Assembly: GCA_963667015.2 (NCBI GenBank)
Contig: CAXXJJ010000004.1
Span: 3,968,001-4,032,000, forward strand
Origin: Desulfatiglandales bacterium
GTDB lineage: Bacteria; Desulfobacterota; DSM-4660; Desulfatiglandales; HGW-15
Reading direction: 5' to 3'
DNA: 64,000 nt
The notes below the pieces were generated by a model that worked only from the letters and a program-made list of their open reading frames with translations, did no database searches and was not told the origin of the DNA. The translations under genes and the position numbers were made by a program. This document shows positions 49,249-62,200 of this stretch, piece after piece; the first letter of the stretch is position 1; each line of letters starts with the position of its first letter.

Positions 49249-51354
49249 ATGATTCAAGCACTTTTACTTATGGCTGGTCTGGGGGCCTTTTGCGGATTGG
49301 TACTAAGTGTCGCTTCGCGCATTTTTTATGTATATGAAGATCCTCGAATAGAACAGGTTCAGGAATGGCTTGCCGGGGCAAACTGCGGGGGTTGTGGTTT
49401 TGCAGGATGTTCTTCCGCTGCAGTAGCAGTTGTGGCAGGAAAGGCACCGGCAAATGTATGTATTGTTGGCGGAGAAGAGGCTACACATAAAATAGCCGAA
49501 ATAATGGGAATCGACGCGGGTATGGCTGAACCCACCAGGGCCTATAATCCATGTTCCGGAGGAGACAGGGCCAGCGATCAGTTTATTTATATGGGGGTAA
49601 ACACCTGTCTTGCCCAGACAATGATGTATGGAGGCAAGAGAGAGTGCAGCGTAGGTTGTCTTGGCATGGGAGACTGTGTAAAGGCCTGCCTCTTTGGTGC
49701 TCTGAGCATGGGTCCGGATGGCTTTCCGGTAGTGGACGAAGAAAAATGTGTTGGCTGCGGCGCCTGTGAAAGAACATGTCCTAAAGACATTATAGAGGTT
49801 AAAACTCCGTCGGAGAGGTTTCTTCACTTTAATACTGATAAAGATGAACTTGCCCCATGCAGACAGACATGTCCTGCCGAGATAAACATTCCTCTCTATA
49901 TTCAGCAGATCAAAAAGGGTGACTATGAAGGCGCTGTTCATACTATCAGGGAAAGAAACCCTCTTCTTCTTTCGTGTGGAAGAGTCTGTCCTCACCCCTG
50001 TGAAGATAACTGTCGAAGGGGAATTGAGGATGAACCTGTATCAATAAACCAGCTGAAAAGATTTGCTGCAGACTATGAAATGAATTCAGGGAAACGCTAT
50101 CCAATATCCGTTGCACCTTTAACTGAAAAGAAGGTTGCGGTTGTTGGCGGAGGACCGGCAGGATTGTCCGCCGCCTTCTTCCTTAGAAGACTTGGACATG
50201 ATGTAACTATTTTTGAAGCAATGCCCAAACTGGGCGGCATGATTCGTTATGGGATACCCGAGTACAGGCTTCCTAAAAAGGTGCTTGATTGGGAAATAGA
50301 AGGTATTTTAAACCTTGGAATAGAAGCCAGAGTGAATATGACCTTTGGCAAGGACTTTGGTCTGGAAGATCTTGTATCTGAGGGTTATGATGCTATTTTC
50401 CTGGGAATCGGCGCCTGGAAGGATTCTTCTCTAAGGGTAGAAGGTGAGGATCTTGAAGGATGTTATACAGGTATTGATTTTCTTGCCAGACTGGCAGGCG
50501 GGGAAAAGCTTCCAATTAAAAAGACCGCAGTGGTAATCGGCGGAGGAAATACGGCTATTGACTGTACAAGAAATCTGCTCAGGTATGGAGCAGAAAAGGT
50601 CTACCTTGTTTATAGGCGTACCAGAAAGGAAATGCCTGCAAACCCGGTGGAAATAGAGGCTGCAGAGCATGAAGGGATTGAATTTAATTTCCTTGCAGCA
50701 CCAATCAGTGTAAAGGGAGATAGCGAAGGAAACGTTACACACCTGGAATATCAGAAAATGGAGCTTGGGGAACCTGATGCAAGCGGAAGAAGACGTCCTG
50801 TGCCGATTGAAGGATCCGAAACCCTTCTTGAAACAGGTATGGTTATTACTGCAATCGGGCAGGCCCCTGATATATCATTTACACAGGAAACCAAAGAAAA
50901 ACTTAATGAACTGAAGACTACACGCTGGAACACCTTTGATTGTGATCCTTATACCTTGCAGACATCCATTCCTTTTATTTTCGCAGCAGGTGATGCCCAA
51001 ACTGGTCCATCTCTTGTTGTTGAGGCAATCGGCGGAGGTAGAAGAGCGGCAAGATCCATACATCAGTATATAACCGGTGAAAAGGTTCAGGCAGAGTCGG
51101 GCGAAATCATGAAAAAACTGATTCCTGAGACCATTTTTGATCACCTGAATGGTATTAAGAAAAAACCCAGATCTGAAATGGTAGAACTGCCGGTGGAAGA
51201 AAGAATAAAATCATTTGTAGAGGTTGATCAGGTTCTTACAGAACAGGCAGCAAAAACTGAAAGTGAAAGATGCTTAAACTGCTGTAGATTATGTTACACC
51301 CCTGATGTGGATGAAACACTCATAAAAATAGAATCTTCACTTCCTGCAGGTTAG
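49249..51354 (+). CDS. RnfB-like FeS domain fused to GltD/NfnB-like FAD/NAD(P)H oxidoreductase
   Basis: N-terminal TM, GANCGGCGFAGC, CVGCGACERTCP; CRQTCP, GRVCPHPCE, GGGPAG, GGGNTAID. Confidence 0.85.
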   Translation: MIQALLLMAGLGAFCGLVLSVASRIFYVYEDPRIEQVQEWLAGANCGGCGFAGCSSAAVAVVAGKAPANVCIVGGEEATHKIAEIMGIDAGMAEPTRAYNPCSGGDRASDQFIYMGVNTCLAQTMMYGGKRECSVGCLGMGDCVKACLFGALSMGPDGFPVVDEEKCVGCGACERTCPKDIIEVKTPSERFLHFNTDKDELAPCRQTCPAEINIPLYIQQIKKGDYEGAVHTIRERNPLLLSCGRVCPHPCEDNCRRGIEDEPVSINQLKRFAADYEMNSGKRYPISVAPLTEKKVAVVGGGPAGLSAAFFLRRLGHDVTIFEAMPKLGGMIRYGIPEYRLPKKVLDWEIEGILNLGIEARVNMTFGKDFGLEDLVSEGYDAIFLGIGAWKDSSLRVEGEDLEGCYTGIDFLARLAGGEKLPIKKTAVVIGGGNTAIDCTRNLLRYGAEKVYLVYRRTRKEMPANPVEIEAAEHEGIEFNFLAAPISVKGDSEGNVTHLEYQKMELGEPDASGRRRPVPIEGSETLLETGMVITAIGQAPDISFTQETKEKLNELKTTRWNTFDCDPYTLQTSIPFIFAAGDAQTGPSLVVEAIGGGRRAARSIHQYITGEKVQAESGEIMKKLIPETIFDHLNGIKKKPRSEMVELPVEERIKSFVEVDQVLTEQAAKTESERCLNCCRLCYTPDVDETLIKIESSLPAG

Positions 51355-51414
51355 ATATAATTAGACTTAAAGTGTCTGTTGTTAACAACAGATTTTATTG
51401 TCTGGATAAAAAGT

Positions 51415-51457
51415 AAAAAATAAAGGCGCAGGAAAAAAACCTGCGCCTTTATTTTTT
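51415..51457. terminator. Bidirectional rho-independent terminator
   Basis: AAAAAATAAAGGCGCAGG / CCTGCGCCTTTATTTTTT between convergent genes. Confidence 0.85.
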
Positions 51458-51488
51458 CAACTTTAACTTTTATCAGGGACCTACTAAC

Positions 51489-53915
51489 CTACTCCTCAAT
51501 CACCTTGGCAACACCAACAACCTTTTCACCTTCACCAAGATCAATAAGTTTCACTCCCTGTGTATTTCTTCCTATCACTGAAATATCAGCTACCCTCAGT
51601 CTTATGATCTTGCCGTGTTCGGTAATTATCATTAGCTGATCCTGTTCGTTGACCTGGTAGGAATAAACAACATTACCATTTCTCTGGGTTGCCTTTATCG
51701 TAAGGATGCCTTTTCCACCTCTTGACTGTACTCTGTATTCTTCTGTTTTTGTACGTTTACCAAAACCGTTTTCAGTAACAGTAAGTATGGTTGAACCTTC
51801 CTTTATAGCCTCCATGCCAACCACTTCATCTCCGGCTTCCAGCCTTATACCTATATTACCGGCTGCAACCCTTCCCATGCTTCTTATATCCTTTTCAGAG
51901 AATCTTATTGATTTTCCCTTAATGGTTCCAATAAAAATATCATTATCACCGTCTGTAACCCTTACTGAGATAAGCTCATCTTTATCATTTATCTTAAGGG
52001 CAATTATTCCGTTAGTTCTCGGATTACTGTAGGCCATAAGATCCGTCTTTTTAATCAGGCCTTCCCTTGTAGCCATCACTATATATGAGTTTTCACTGAA
52101 TTCCTTTATAGGAAGAACCGTTGCAAGTTTTTCGCCCGGCTGTAATTCCAGGAGATTTACAATGGCCTTGCCCTTTGACATCCTTCCTGCCTCCGGAATC
52201 TCATGAACCTTTTTCCAGTAGACACGGCCCTGATTGGTAAAGAAAAGCAGATAATTATGTGATGAAGCAACAAATAGGTGTTCAACAAAATCCTCTTCCT
52301 TTGGAACAACCCCGGTAAGTCCCTTGCCCCCGCGTCTTTGGGCCCTGTAAAGGCTGATGGGGTTTCTCTTTATATAACCCCTGTGACTTATGGTAACAGC
52401 CATATCTTCATCGGCAATAAGATCTTCAATATCCAGTTCTTCATCCTGATCAAGGACCTCTGTCATCCTTTCATCGCCGTATTTTTCCTTTATCTCATTC
52501 ATTTCATCGCGAATGATCTGGAGAACCATGGAAGGGTTATCCAGAATTGATTTATATCTTGCTATATCCTTTATTATATTACTGTATTGTTCATCTATTT
52601 TGGCTCTTTCAAGTCCGGTCAATCTGTGGAGTCTCATATCAAGAATGGCCTGGGCCTGGATCGGTGAAAAATCAAACTCAGACATTAATCTTGCCTTTGC
52701 TTCCTTTGAATCTGCAGAAGACCTTATCAGTGCTATAATTTCATCGAGAAAATCAAGTGCCTTTCTGTATCCTTCAAGTATATGGGCTGTTTCTTCTGCT
52801 TTCCTGAGATCAAAGACTGTCCTTCTTACTATTATTTCTCTTCTGTGATTAATGAAATGCTCTAGGATCTCCTTCAGATTAAGTGTTTGTGGCCTTCCGT
52901 TTACAAGGGCAAGAAAAATTATACCGAAAGATTTCTCCATCTGGGTGAATTTGTAGAGACGGTTCATTACAACAAGTGCCTTGCCGTCGCGTTTTATATC
53001 TATGACAATTCGCATTCCGTCTCTGTCGGACTCATCCCTTATATCTGCTATACCTTCTATCTTTTTATCTTTAACAAGGTCGGCTATGTTTTCGAGTAAT
53101 TTCGTCTTGTTTACCTGATATGGAATCTCTGAAATAACGACACGTTCCTTTGTTTTTACCATCTCAACAAAGGCCCTGGCCCTTATCTTTATGATTCCCC
53201 TTCCTGTCCTGTAGGCTTCTCTTATGCCTTTTCTTCCAAGAATAAAGCCTGCTGTCGGAAAATCAGGGGCGGTTATGATCTTCATCAGATCATTTATGCT
53301 GATATCTGGCCTGTCAATAACCCCTATTATTGCACTACATACCTCTTTAAGATTGTGTGGAGGAATATTTGTTGCCATGCCAACGGCTATTCCGGATGCT
53401 CCGTTTATCAGGAGATTTGGAATATTTGTTGGCATTACCGTTGGTTCAAGGAGCGTATCATCATAATTTGCGGTAAAATCAACGGTTTCTTTTTCAATGT
53501 CAGAAAGAAAATCCTGAGCAAGTTTTGTCATACGTACTTCAGTATAACGCATAGCAGCAGCAGGATCCCCATCAATAGAACCAAAGTTACCCTGACCATC
53601 CACGAGCGGATATCTCATGGAAAAATCCTGGGCAAGTCTTACAATAGTGTCATAGACAGCCGCATCACCATGCGGGTGATATTTACCTATTACATCACCG
53701 ACGATTCTTGCTGATTTTTTATAGGGTTTGTTATTAAAGTTTTTAAGGTCGTACATACCGAATAATACACGTCTGTGTACTGGTTTTAGACCATCTCGTA
53801 TATCAGGAAGAGCCCTCTGAACAATAACACTCATTGAATATTCGAGATAAGATTTTTTCATCTCATCTTCTATGCTTATTGTACTATCGTTTATATCCTT
53901 TACATCCGAAACCAT
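51489..53915 (-). CDS. gyrA: DNA gyrase subunit A
   Basis: [13 protein letters not shown], GyrA box QRRGGKG. Confidence 0.98.
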   Translation of the reverse strand: MVSDVKDINDSTISIEDEMKKSYLEYSMSVIVQRALPDIRDGLKPVHRRVLFGMYDLKNFNNKPYKKSARIVGDVIGKYHPHGDAAVYDTIVRLAQDFSMRYPLVDGQGNFGSIDGDPAAAMRYTEVRMTKLAQDFLSDIEKETVDFTANYDDTLLEPTVMPTNIPNLLINGASGIAVGMATNIPPHNLKEVCSAIIGVIDRPDISINDLMKIITAPDFPTAGFILGRKGIREAYRTGRGIIKIRARAFVEMVKTKERVVISEIPYQVNKTKLLENIADLVKDKKIEGIADIRDESDRDGMRIVIDIKRDGKALVVMNRLYKFTQMEKSFGIIFLALVNGRPQTLNLKEILEHFINHRREIIVRRTVFDLRKAEETAHILEGYRKALDFLDEIIALIRSSADSKEAKARLMSEFDFSPIQAQAILDMRLHRLTGLERAKIDEQYSNIIKDIARYKSILDNPSMVLQIIRDEMNEIKEKYGDERMTEVLDQDEELDIEDLIADEDMAVTISHRGYIKRNPISLYRAQRRGGKGLTGVVPKEEDFVEHLFVASSHNYLLFFTNQGRVYWKKVHEIPEAGRMSKGKAIVNLLELQPGEKLATVLPIKEFSENSYIVMATREGLIKKTDLMAYSNPRTNGIIALKINDKDELISVRVTDGDNDIFIGTIKGKSIRFSEKDIRSMGRVAAGNIGIRLEAGDEVVGMEAIKEGSTILTVTENGFGKRTKTEEYRVQSRGGKGILTIKATQRNGNVVYSYQVNEQDQLMIITEHGKIIRLRVADISVIGRNTQGVKLIDLGEGEKVVGVAKVIEE

Positions 53916-53996
53916 TATTATCTCTCCAGAATACCTGATAATATATCCATCAGGTATAAAGTATATTTAAGGTTAAACTCAGACCTTAAACCGTTT

Positions 53997-56387
<2,391 letters not shown>

Positions 56388-56392
56388 TTAAA

Positions 56393-57508
56393 TTAAATCC
56401 TCATAGGCATTATTAAACCGAGAAAACCTTTATCATCCGTGCCCTGTATCATGCATGGACTTGAGTTATCAAAAAAACCAATTATTACATCATCACTTTC
56501 CATTGCCTGAAGTGCATCAACAAAATACTTTGAATTAAATCCTAGTACAATTCTATCATCTGAATATTCGACCGCAAGGTTGTCTTTTACATCACCAAGA
56601 TCAGGATTGATAGAAACAAGTTCCATATTATTATTTTCAAGTGTTATCTGTACTCCTCTGGAACTTTCACTGCTAAGGATCATCATCTTCTTCATTCCAT
56701 CAAGCAGGTCATTTCTTTTTATGGATATACGATTTTTTAATTCAATAGATATAACTTCCCTGTAATCGGGGAATTTGCTTTCAAGGAGTCTTATTACTAT
56801 GAGTGAATTCTCATTTTTAGCAACACAATTATTATCCTTAAAACCAAGGCTTATTTTTTCACCTTCGGAAGCCAGTTTGTTAAGTTCCATCAACCCCTTT
56901 TTGGGGATCATGACACCTTTTTCTATTTTCATATTGTCAAGGTTATCAATATTCTTATCAACCAGAGATAAACGATGCCCATCAGTAGAGACCATTCTTA
57001 ATGTATTTTGTTCTTCGTTATCTAATTTTTCAGTATACACACCTGATAATTTATATCCGGCTTCCTCAAGGGTAACCGCATAGACTGTTTTATTTATCAT
57101 TTCAGTTAATACCGAGCATTCCATCTCAACCATTGATACGTCTTCAGGTTCAACAAAAACAGGATATTCCTCGGAAGGCATACACGCAAGGTTGTACTGA
57201 GTTTTATCGTCCGATATAAATATCCAGTTATTTTCTTTTTCCTTCAGATATATTTCCTGGCTTTTACTTTCCTTAAGTATCTCGAAAAGTTTTCTTCCTG
57301 AAATAGTAATACTTCCAGAAACAAGCACATTTGCCTCTATTGTCTGCTGCATGCTTATTTCCAGGTCGGTTGCCGATATATTGACTGATTTATCATTAGC
57401 TGTAATGAGTATCATTGATAGAATAGGCATGTTACTCCTTTTCTCTATGATACTCTGTACTTTCGATATTGATTTAAAAAGGGAGTCTCTATTAACCTTT
57501 ATTTCCAT
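56393..57508 (-). CDS. dnaN: DNA polymerase III beta clamp
   Basis: ATDLE, STDGHRL, FPDY, LIMPMRI. Confidence 0.96.
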   Translation of the reverse strand: MEIKVNRDSLFKSISKVQSIIEKRSNMPILSMILITANDKSVNISATDLEISMQQTIEANVLVSGSITISGRKLFEILKESKSQEIYLKEKENNWIFISDDKTQYNLACMPSEEYPVFVEPEDVSMVEMECSVLTEMINKTVYAVTLEEAGYKLSGVYTEKLDNEEQNTLRMVSTDGHRLSLVDKNIDNLDNMKIEKGVMIPKKGLMELNKLASEGEKISLGFKDNNCVAKNENSLIVIRLLESKFPDYREVISIELKNRISIKRNDLLDGMKKMMILSSESSRGVQITLENNNMELVSINPDLGDVKDNLAVEYSDDRIVLGFNSKYFVDALQAMESDDVIIGFFDNSSPCMIQGTDDKGFLGLIMPMRI

Positions 57509-57539
57509 GCCTTCCTCCTATTAATATTTATATATATTT

Positions 57540-57580
57540 AAATAATAGTAATATTATAGCCTGTTGTATTGTCAAATACC
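57540..57580. other. Candidate oriC unwinding module (degenerate DnaA box, GGC spacer, DnaA-trio-like repeats)
   Basis: Minus strand AATACAACA-GGC-TATAATATTACTATTATT in the dnaA-dnaN gap. Confidence 0.45.
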
Positions 57581-57751
57581 TGAGTAACTGATTGTTATAA
57601 TAATAATTTTTTTTGTTTGTTTTTTTGTATAAAACTGACTTTAAGTTTTAAAATCCGTTTAACGTAAATAAAAATCATAAAAATAAAAATTTATATTAAA
57701 AATTTAAAAAGATTGTTTAAAAAATGTTGGCAGAAAAAATAATTAAAATAT

Positions 57752-59053
57752 TTATGTTAATAGATTTTTAATATTGTCGATATCTCTGCTGACCTCTTTG
57801 TTTTTCTTTTTGGATTTTTCTATCCTGTTTGTTGCATATACTACAGTTGAGTGGTCTCTGTCACCGAACAGATACCCGATTTCTTTTAATGATAGATCCG
57901 TGAAATTTCTTGCCATATACATTGCAAGATGCCTGGGATATGAATAGATCAACTTCTTTTTTTTAGAATTAAGGTCAGATATTGAAATATTAAAATATCC
58001 TGCAATAACAGACTGAATATCCTCTAAACCCAAGCTTATAGCATATCTATCTTTTAATATAGATTTTAAAACTGATAAATTTAATTTACCTTTATTTAAA
58101 GATAAATATGTTTCAATACGTATTATGTTTTTTAAAATTGTTTTTATATTATTATCTGATTTAATTAAAAAATTAATTATATCATCCGAAATTTGTAATC
58201 TTTTATTTTTAATATTATTTTTTATTATTTTTGTCTTTGTTTTTAAATCAATTTCATTTATTTCAGTTAAAAGACCTGAACCTAACCTCGATTTAAGTTG
58301 AGAATTGAAATTATTATAATTACCAGGCGGCTGGTCGCCGGTAATTACAATTTGTTTTTTTTTATCCTGAAAATAATCAAAAAGTGAGATAAATTCATCC
58401 TGAAGCCTTTTTGAATTTCCAATATACTGTATATCATCAAATAATAATATATCCAGTTTAATATATTTATTTTTAAAGTCAGCATAGTTATTATTTTTTG
58501 ACAATTGTCCGAATTCGAAAATAAAATCCTTTGAATTAATATATCCTAAATTAATTTTTTTCGAATAATCATTTATTCTGTTACCTATGGAATTTAAGAG
58601 GTGTGTTTTTCCAATGCCGTATTTTGAAAATATAAAAAAAGGATTATAATAATCTCCAGGATTTTCAGCTATTTCAACAGCTGATGAATATGCAAACTGA
58701 TTACACTCGCCAGTTGTGAAATTTTCAAAGGTCATATATTTATTTAAATTATTATTTAAATTTTTATATTTATTATAAATGTTCTTTTTATTGATATTAT
58801 CTTTGTTATTTTGATAATTGAATAATAATTCGGGTTTTTTATTAGTTATTTTTTTAAATGAGTTATTTAAAACATCCGAATAATTATCACGAAGCCAGTT
58901 TGCTATAAATTTGTTTGGTACATCAATTAAAGCCAGGTTATCATCAAATTTACTTAGCTCGGCCTTTGAAAACCACGTGTCTATCTCTGGCGGTGAAATA
59001 TTTGATTCCAGATCTTTTAAAATGTTATACCAGATTTTTTTTTTTGTTGGCAT
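57752..59053 (-). CDS. dnaA: DnaA paralogue 2 (divergent, very AT-rich)
   Basis: TFENFTTGECN, YNPFFIF, GIGKTHLL, LFDDIQ, FGDRDHSTV; upstream of dnaN. Confidence 0.9.
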   Translation of the reverse strand: MPTKKKIWYNILKDLESNISPPEIDTWFSKAELSKFDDNLALIDVPNKFIANWLRDNYSDVLNNSFKKITNKKPELLFNYQNNKDNINKKNIYNKYKNLNNNLNKYMTFENFTTGECNQFAYSSAVEIAENPGDYYNPFFIFSKYGIGKTHLLNSIGNRINDYSKKINLGYINSKDFIFEFGQLSKNNNYADFKNKYIKLDILLFDDIQYIGNSKRLQDEFISLFDYFQDKKKQIVITGDQPPGNYNNFNSQLKSRLGSGLLTEINEIDLKTKTKIIKNNIKNKRLQISDDIINFLIKSDNNIKTILKNIIRIETYLSLNKGKLNLSVLKSILKDRYAISLGLEDIQSVIAGYFNISISDLNSKKKKLIYSYPRHLAMYMARNFTDLSLKEIGYLFGDRDHSTVVYATNRIEKSKKKNKEVSRDIDNIKNLLT

Positions 59054-59267
59054 ACCTGTTTTTTCTATAATAATTTACAATTAGCAAAAGCGTTTGATTC
59101 TAGATAATTTTATGTATAATATCAACTAAAAACTGGTATTTTTATATATTGTTTTTAATAGTTTAAATTATTGATATTATTATTTTTTTTATATATTGTT
59201 ATTATGAAAAAAAATGGATTTTTTAACGTAATCAAAAGCTAAATAAAAGAGGAAGGAGTCTAAAATT

Positions 59268-60014
59268 ATGCCTTTTAGTATAGGTTTGGCAGGGAAAGGC
59301 GGTACGGGGAAAACTACTATTGCTGGTTTACTTGTAAAATATCTTGTTGAAAAGGGTAAAACACCAGTTCTGGCTGTTGATGCAGATTCAAATGCCAATT
59401 TTAACGAAGTTTTAGGGCTCAAGGTAGAGGATACTCTTGGTGATGCAAGAGAAGAGATGAAAAAGGGTGTGGCTACAGGCATGACCAAAGATGTGTTTAT
59501 GGAAATGAAGCTTGAACAGGCAGTTGTAGAAGCTGAAGGATATGACCTTATCGTAATGGGAAGACCAGAAGGTTCAGGATGCTATTGTGCCGCAAATACC
59601 CTTTTAACCCAGTATTTAAGCAGACTTATAGATAATTACGAGTCGGTAGTAATTGATAATGAAGCCGGGATGGAACATATAAGCCGTCTAACAACAAATA
59701 ATATTGATATATTGCTTATTATATCTGATTCATCGAGAAGAGGTATTTTATCAGCGGCCAGGATATCAGAACTTACGGAAGAGCTTGGGGTAAGGATTGG
59801 AAAAAAGATGTTCATAATAAACCAGGTCATAGATGAAAAAAAGGATGATCTTATAAAGGTTGCAGAAGAATTTGGATTGAAGGTCGCCGGGATAATTCCA
59901 GAAGATAAAGAAGTAAGAGATTTTGACCTTAAAGGTATACCAACTATTAAGCTTGAAAATGAAAGTGAATCAATAAAAGCCACATATAAAATTTTTGATA
60001 GTATTTTGTCTTAA
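59268..60014 (+). CDS. cooC: CooC/AcsF nickel-insertion ATPase
   Basis: GKGGTGKTT, GSGCYC, DNEAGMEH. Confidence 0.92.
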   Translation: MPFSIGLAGKGGTGKTTIAGLLVKYLVEKGKTPVLAVDADSNANFNEVLGLKVEDTLGDAREEMKKGVATGMTKDVFMEMKLEQAVVEAEGYDLIVMGRPEGSGCYCAANTLLTQYLSRLIDNYESVVIDNEAGMEHISRLTTNNIDILLIISDSSRRGILSAARISELTEELGVRIGKKMFIINQVIDEKKDDLIKVAEEFGLKVAGIIPEDKEVRDFDLKGIPTIKLENESESIKATYKIFDSILS

Positions 60015-60015
60015 T

Positions 60016-60067
60016 AAACAACAATATAATGTATATCCTTGGAATATTATATACATTATATTGTTTA
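60016..60067. terminator. AT-rich hairpin after cooC
   Basis: ACAATATAATGTATAT / ATATACATTATATTGT inverted repeat. Confidence 0.5.
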
Positions 60068-60184
60068 GAAATAAAATATAAATGTTTTATTTTATTGGGA
60101 AAAAAATCTTGACAAGGTAGCCTTTGTAAACTATTGTTACGCTCCTAATACCCCTGTTTTTATGGGTAATTTTTTTGTGAGCTT

Positions 60185-60202
60185 TTGTTCAATTTTTCAC
60201 AA
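60185..60202. promoter_or_regulatory. Possible Rex operator upstream of acsD-cooS
   Basis: TTGTTCAATTTTTCACAA, 15/18 match to TTGTGAAATATTTCACAA. Confidence 0.4.
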
Positions 60203-60577
60203 ATTGATAACAGGGATCTTCATTAATATTGTTGATAATATTTTTTTCAACCCTCTTGGTTTTCGGGATTTTAAAATAATAATGCTATTTTTCGAAAACA
60301 AAATTAATCACTTCCAAAAAAAAGATGATTTACTCATCTCAAAAATAAATAATAATTTAAAATATTTAACGATTTCAATTAACATTAACTGTAATTTTTT
60401 AAAATTTTTATATTTATAGCTTATAAAGTACTAAAATTTATTATTTTTATAAAACCTACTGATAATTAAAAGTTCATGGTTATCAGGTGTATTTGTATTA
60501 ATTGTTTTTTATTAGCATTTCTTTATTAAATATAAAGACTTATAAAAATAAATCGTAAATAGAAGGAGGAAACAACA

Positions 60578-62131
60578 TTGGCCTTTGAAATTCCAAAACA
60601 GCCTTATTCAGGAGTCATTGGTGAGACAATCATAGGAACTGGTGACGGTGCTGTAAAAATTGGTGGAGAAGAATCTTATCCTTTTCATTTATTCGAAGGG
60701 AAAATGCCAAACGTCCCTAAAATAGCAATGGAAGTATGGGATTATGATCCATCCGAAGAATGGCCTGCACCAGCAGTTGAGGCACTTAAAGATGGACTGT
60801 CTTCACCAGAGGTATGGGCAAAAAAATGTGTAGATGAGTATGGCGCTGATATCATTGTTCTTCAGTTGAAAAGCATTGATCCAAATGGCATGAACCGCAG
60901 TGCGGATGAGGCGGCAGCTATTGCAAAAAAACTGGTTGACGCGGTCGATGTTCCTCTTGTCTTCTGGGGAACAGCCAATAATCAGAAGGATGAAGAAGTT
61001 CTTAAAAAGATATCAGAAGTCTGTGATGGTAAAAATGTATCTCTTTCACCGATTGAAGAGGGTAATCACAAAGGTGTTGGTGCGAGCGCTCTTGGGTATG
61101 GTCAGACAATTGTATCATCATCCCCAATCGATGTTAACCTCGCGAAACAGCTTAATATTCTTTTAGGAAACCTTGGTGTTAAAAGTAATAAAACCCTGAT
61201 AGACCCGACGACAGGCGGACTTGGCTATGGTCTGGAATACAGCTATTCGGTGATGGAAAGAATCAGGATGGCAGCACTCACTCAGGAGGATGATAAACTT
61301 CAGATTCCAATGATTAATAATGTTGGAAATGAGATATGGAAGAGTAAAGAGGCCGGTCAGTCTATTGAAGATGCCCCAACACTTGGTGATCCCGAAAAAA
61401 GACCCATTCTAATGGAAGTAACAGCAGCTGTCTGCTATCTTCTTGCCGGATCTGATATCGTAATTTTAAGACATCCAGAGAGCGTAAGGATAGTAAAATC
61501 ATTTATTAATTTAATGACCAATGGCGGGTCAGCTGCAGGTATTGCTGAAATAGCAAAATTAATGGCTGTATCGGAAGTTGATCTTGTATCCCTTTCTCCT
61601 GAAATGGATCTTGCCATCGAAGAAGCAAAGACAGAAAAGAAAGATAAACCAGCTAAAAAAGAAGCTAAACCGGAAAAACCGAAAGCCGAAGCAAAGCCTG
61701 CTCCCAAGAAGGAAAAAGAAGTAGCTCCTAAGAAAGAAGAAAAGAAAGTAGAGGATAAGGCAAAGGTTGAAGCAGAAACCAAGGCAAAGGCGGAGGCTGA
61801 TGCAAAAGCAAAAGCCGAAGCGGAAGAAACTGCAAAGAAAAAAGAAGCAGAGGCCAAGGTAAAAGCTGAGGAAGAAGCTAAAGCAAAGGCAGAAGCTGAT
61901 GCAAAGGCCAGGGCAGAGGCTGATGCAGCAAAGGCAAGAGAAGACGCTAAAAATAAGGAAAAAGAAGAGCTTCAGGCATTAAGATTTAAAAGAGCACAGG
62001 AAAGAGAAAAACATGAAACAGAAATGAAGGCTTCAGCATCCGGTGCAAAAACTAAAACACTATCTAAAGATCAGCTGGATCTCGTGGAGAGATTAACAAG
62101 GAATCTTGATAGAATACATAAACGTGTCTAA
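60578..62131 (+). CDS. acsD: Corrinoid iron-sulfur protein small subunit with long A/E/K-rich C-terminal tail
   Basis: SSPIDVNLAKQLN, DPTTGGLGYGLEYSYSVMERIR, RHPES; TTG start after AAGGAGG. Confidence 0.92.
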   Translation: MAFEIPKQPYSGVIGETIIGTGDGAVKIGGEESYPFHLFEGKMPNVPKIAMEVWDYDPSEEWPAPAVEALKDGLSSPEVWAKKCVDEYGADIIVLQLKSIDPNGMNRSADEAAAIAKKLVDAVDVPLVFWGTANNQKDEEVLKKISEVCDGKNVSLSPIEEGNHKGVGASALGYGQTIVSSSPIDVNLAKQLNILLGNLGVKSNKTLIDPTTGGLGYGLEYSYSVMERIRMAALTQEDDKLQIPMINNVGNEIWKSKEAGQSIEDAPTLGDPEKRPILMEVTAAVCYLLAGSDIVILRHPESVRIVKSFINLMTNGGSAAGIAEIAKLMAVSEVDLVSLSPEMDLAIEEAKTEKKDKPAKKEAKPEKPKAEAKPAPKKEKEVAPKKEEKKVEDKAKVEAETKAKAEADAKAKAEAEETAKKKEAEAKVKAEEEAKAKAEADAKARAEADAAKAREDAKNKEKEELQALRFKRAQEREKHETEMKASASGAKTKTLSKDQLDLVERLTRNLDRIHKRV

Positions 62132-62200
62132 CTGATAATAAAACGATAATTTCATTTTGTTATTTATAGGTAAACAAAACAATAGAGGAGGAACCTCATA

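Noticed and set aside
61435..61857. 140-aa Ala/Ser/Phe-rich minus-strand ORF
   Set aside because: Antisense reading of the low-complexity acsD tail
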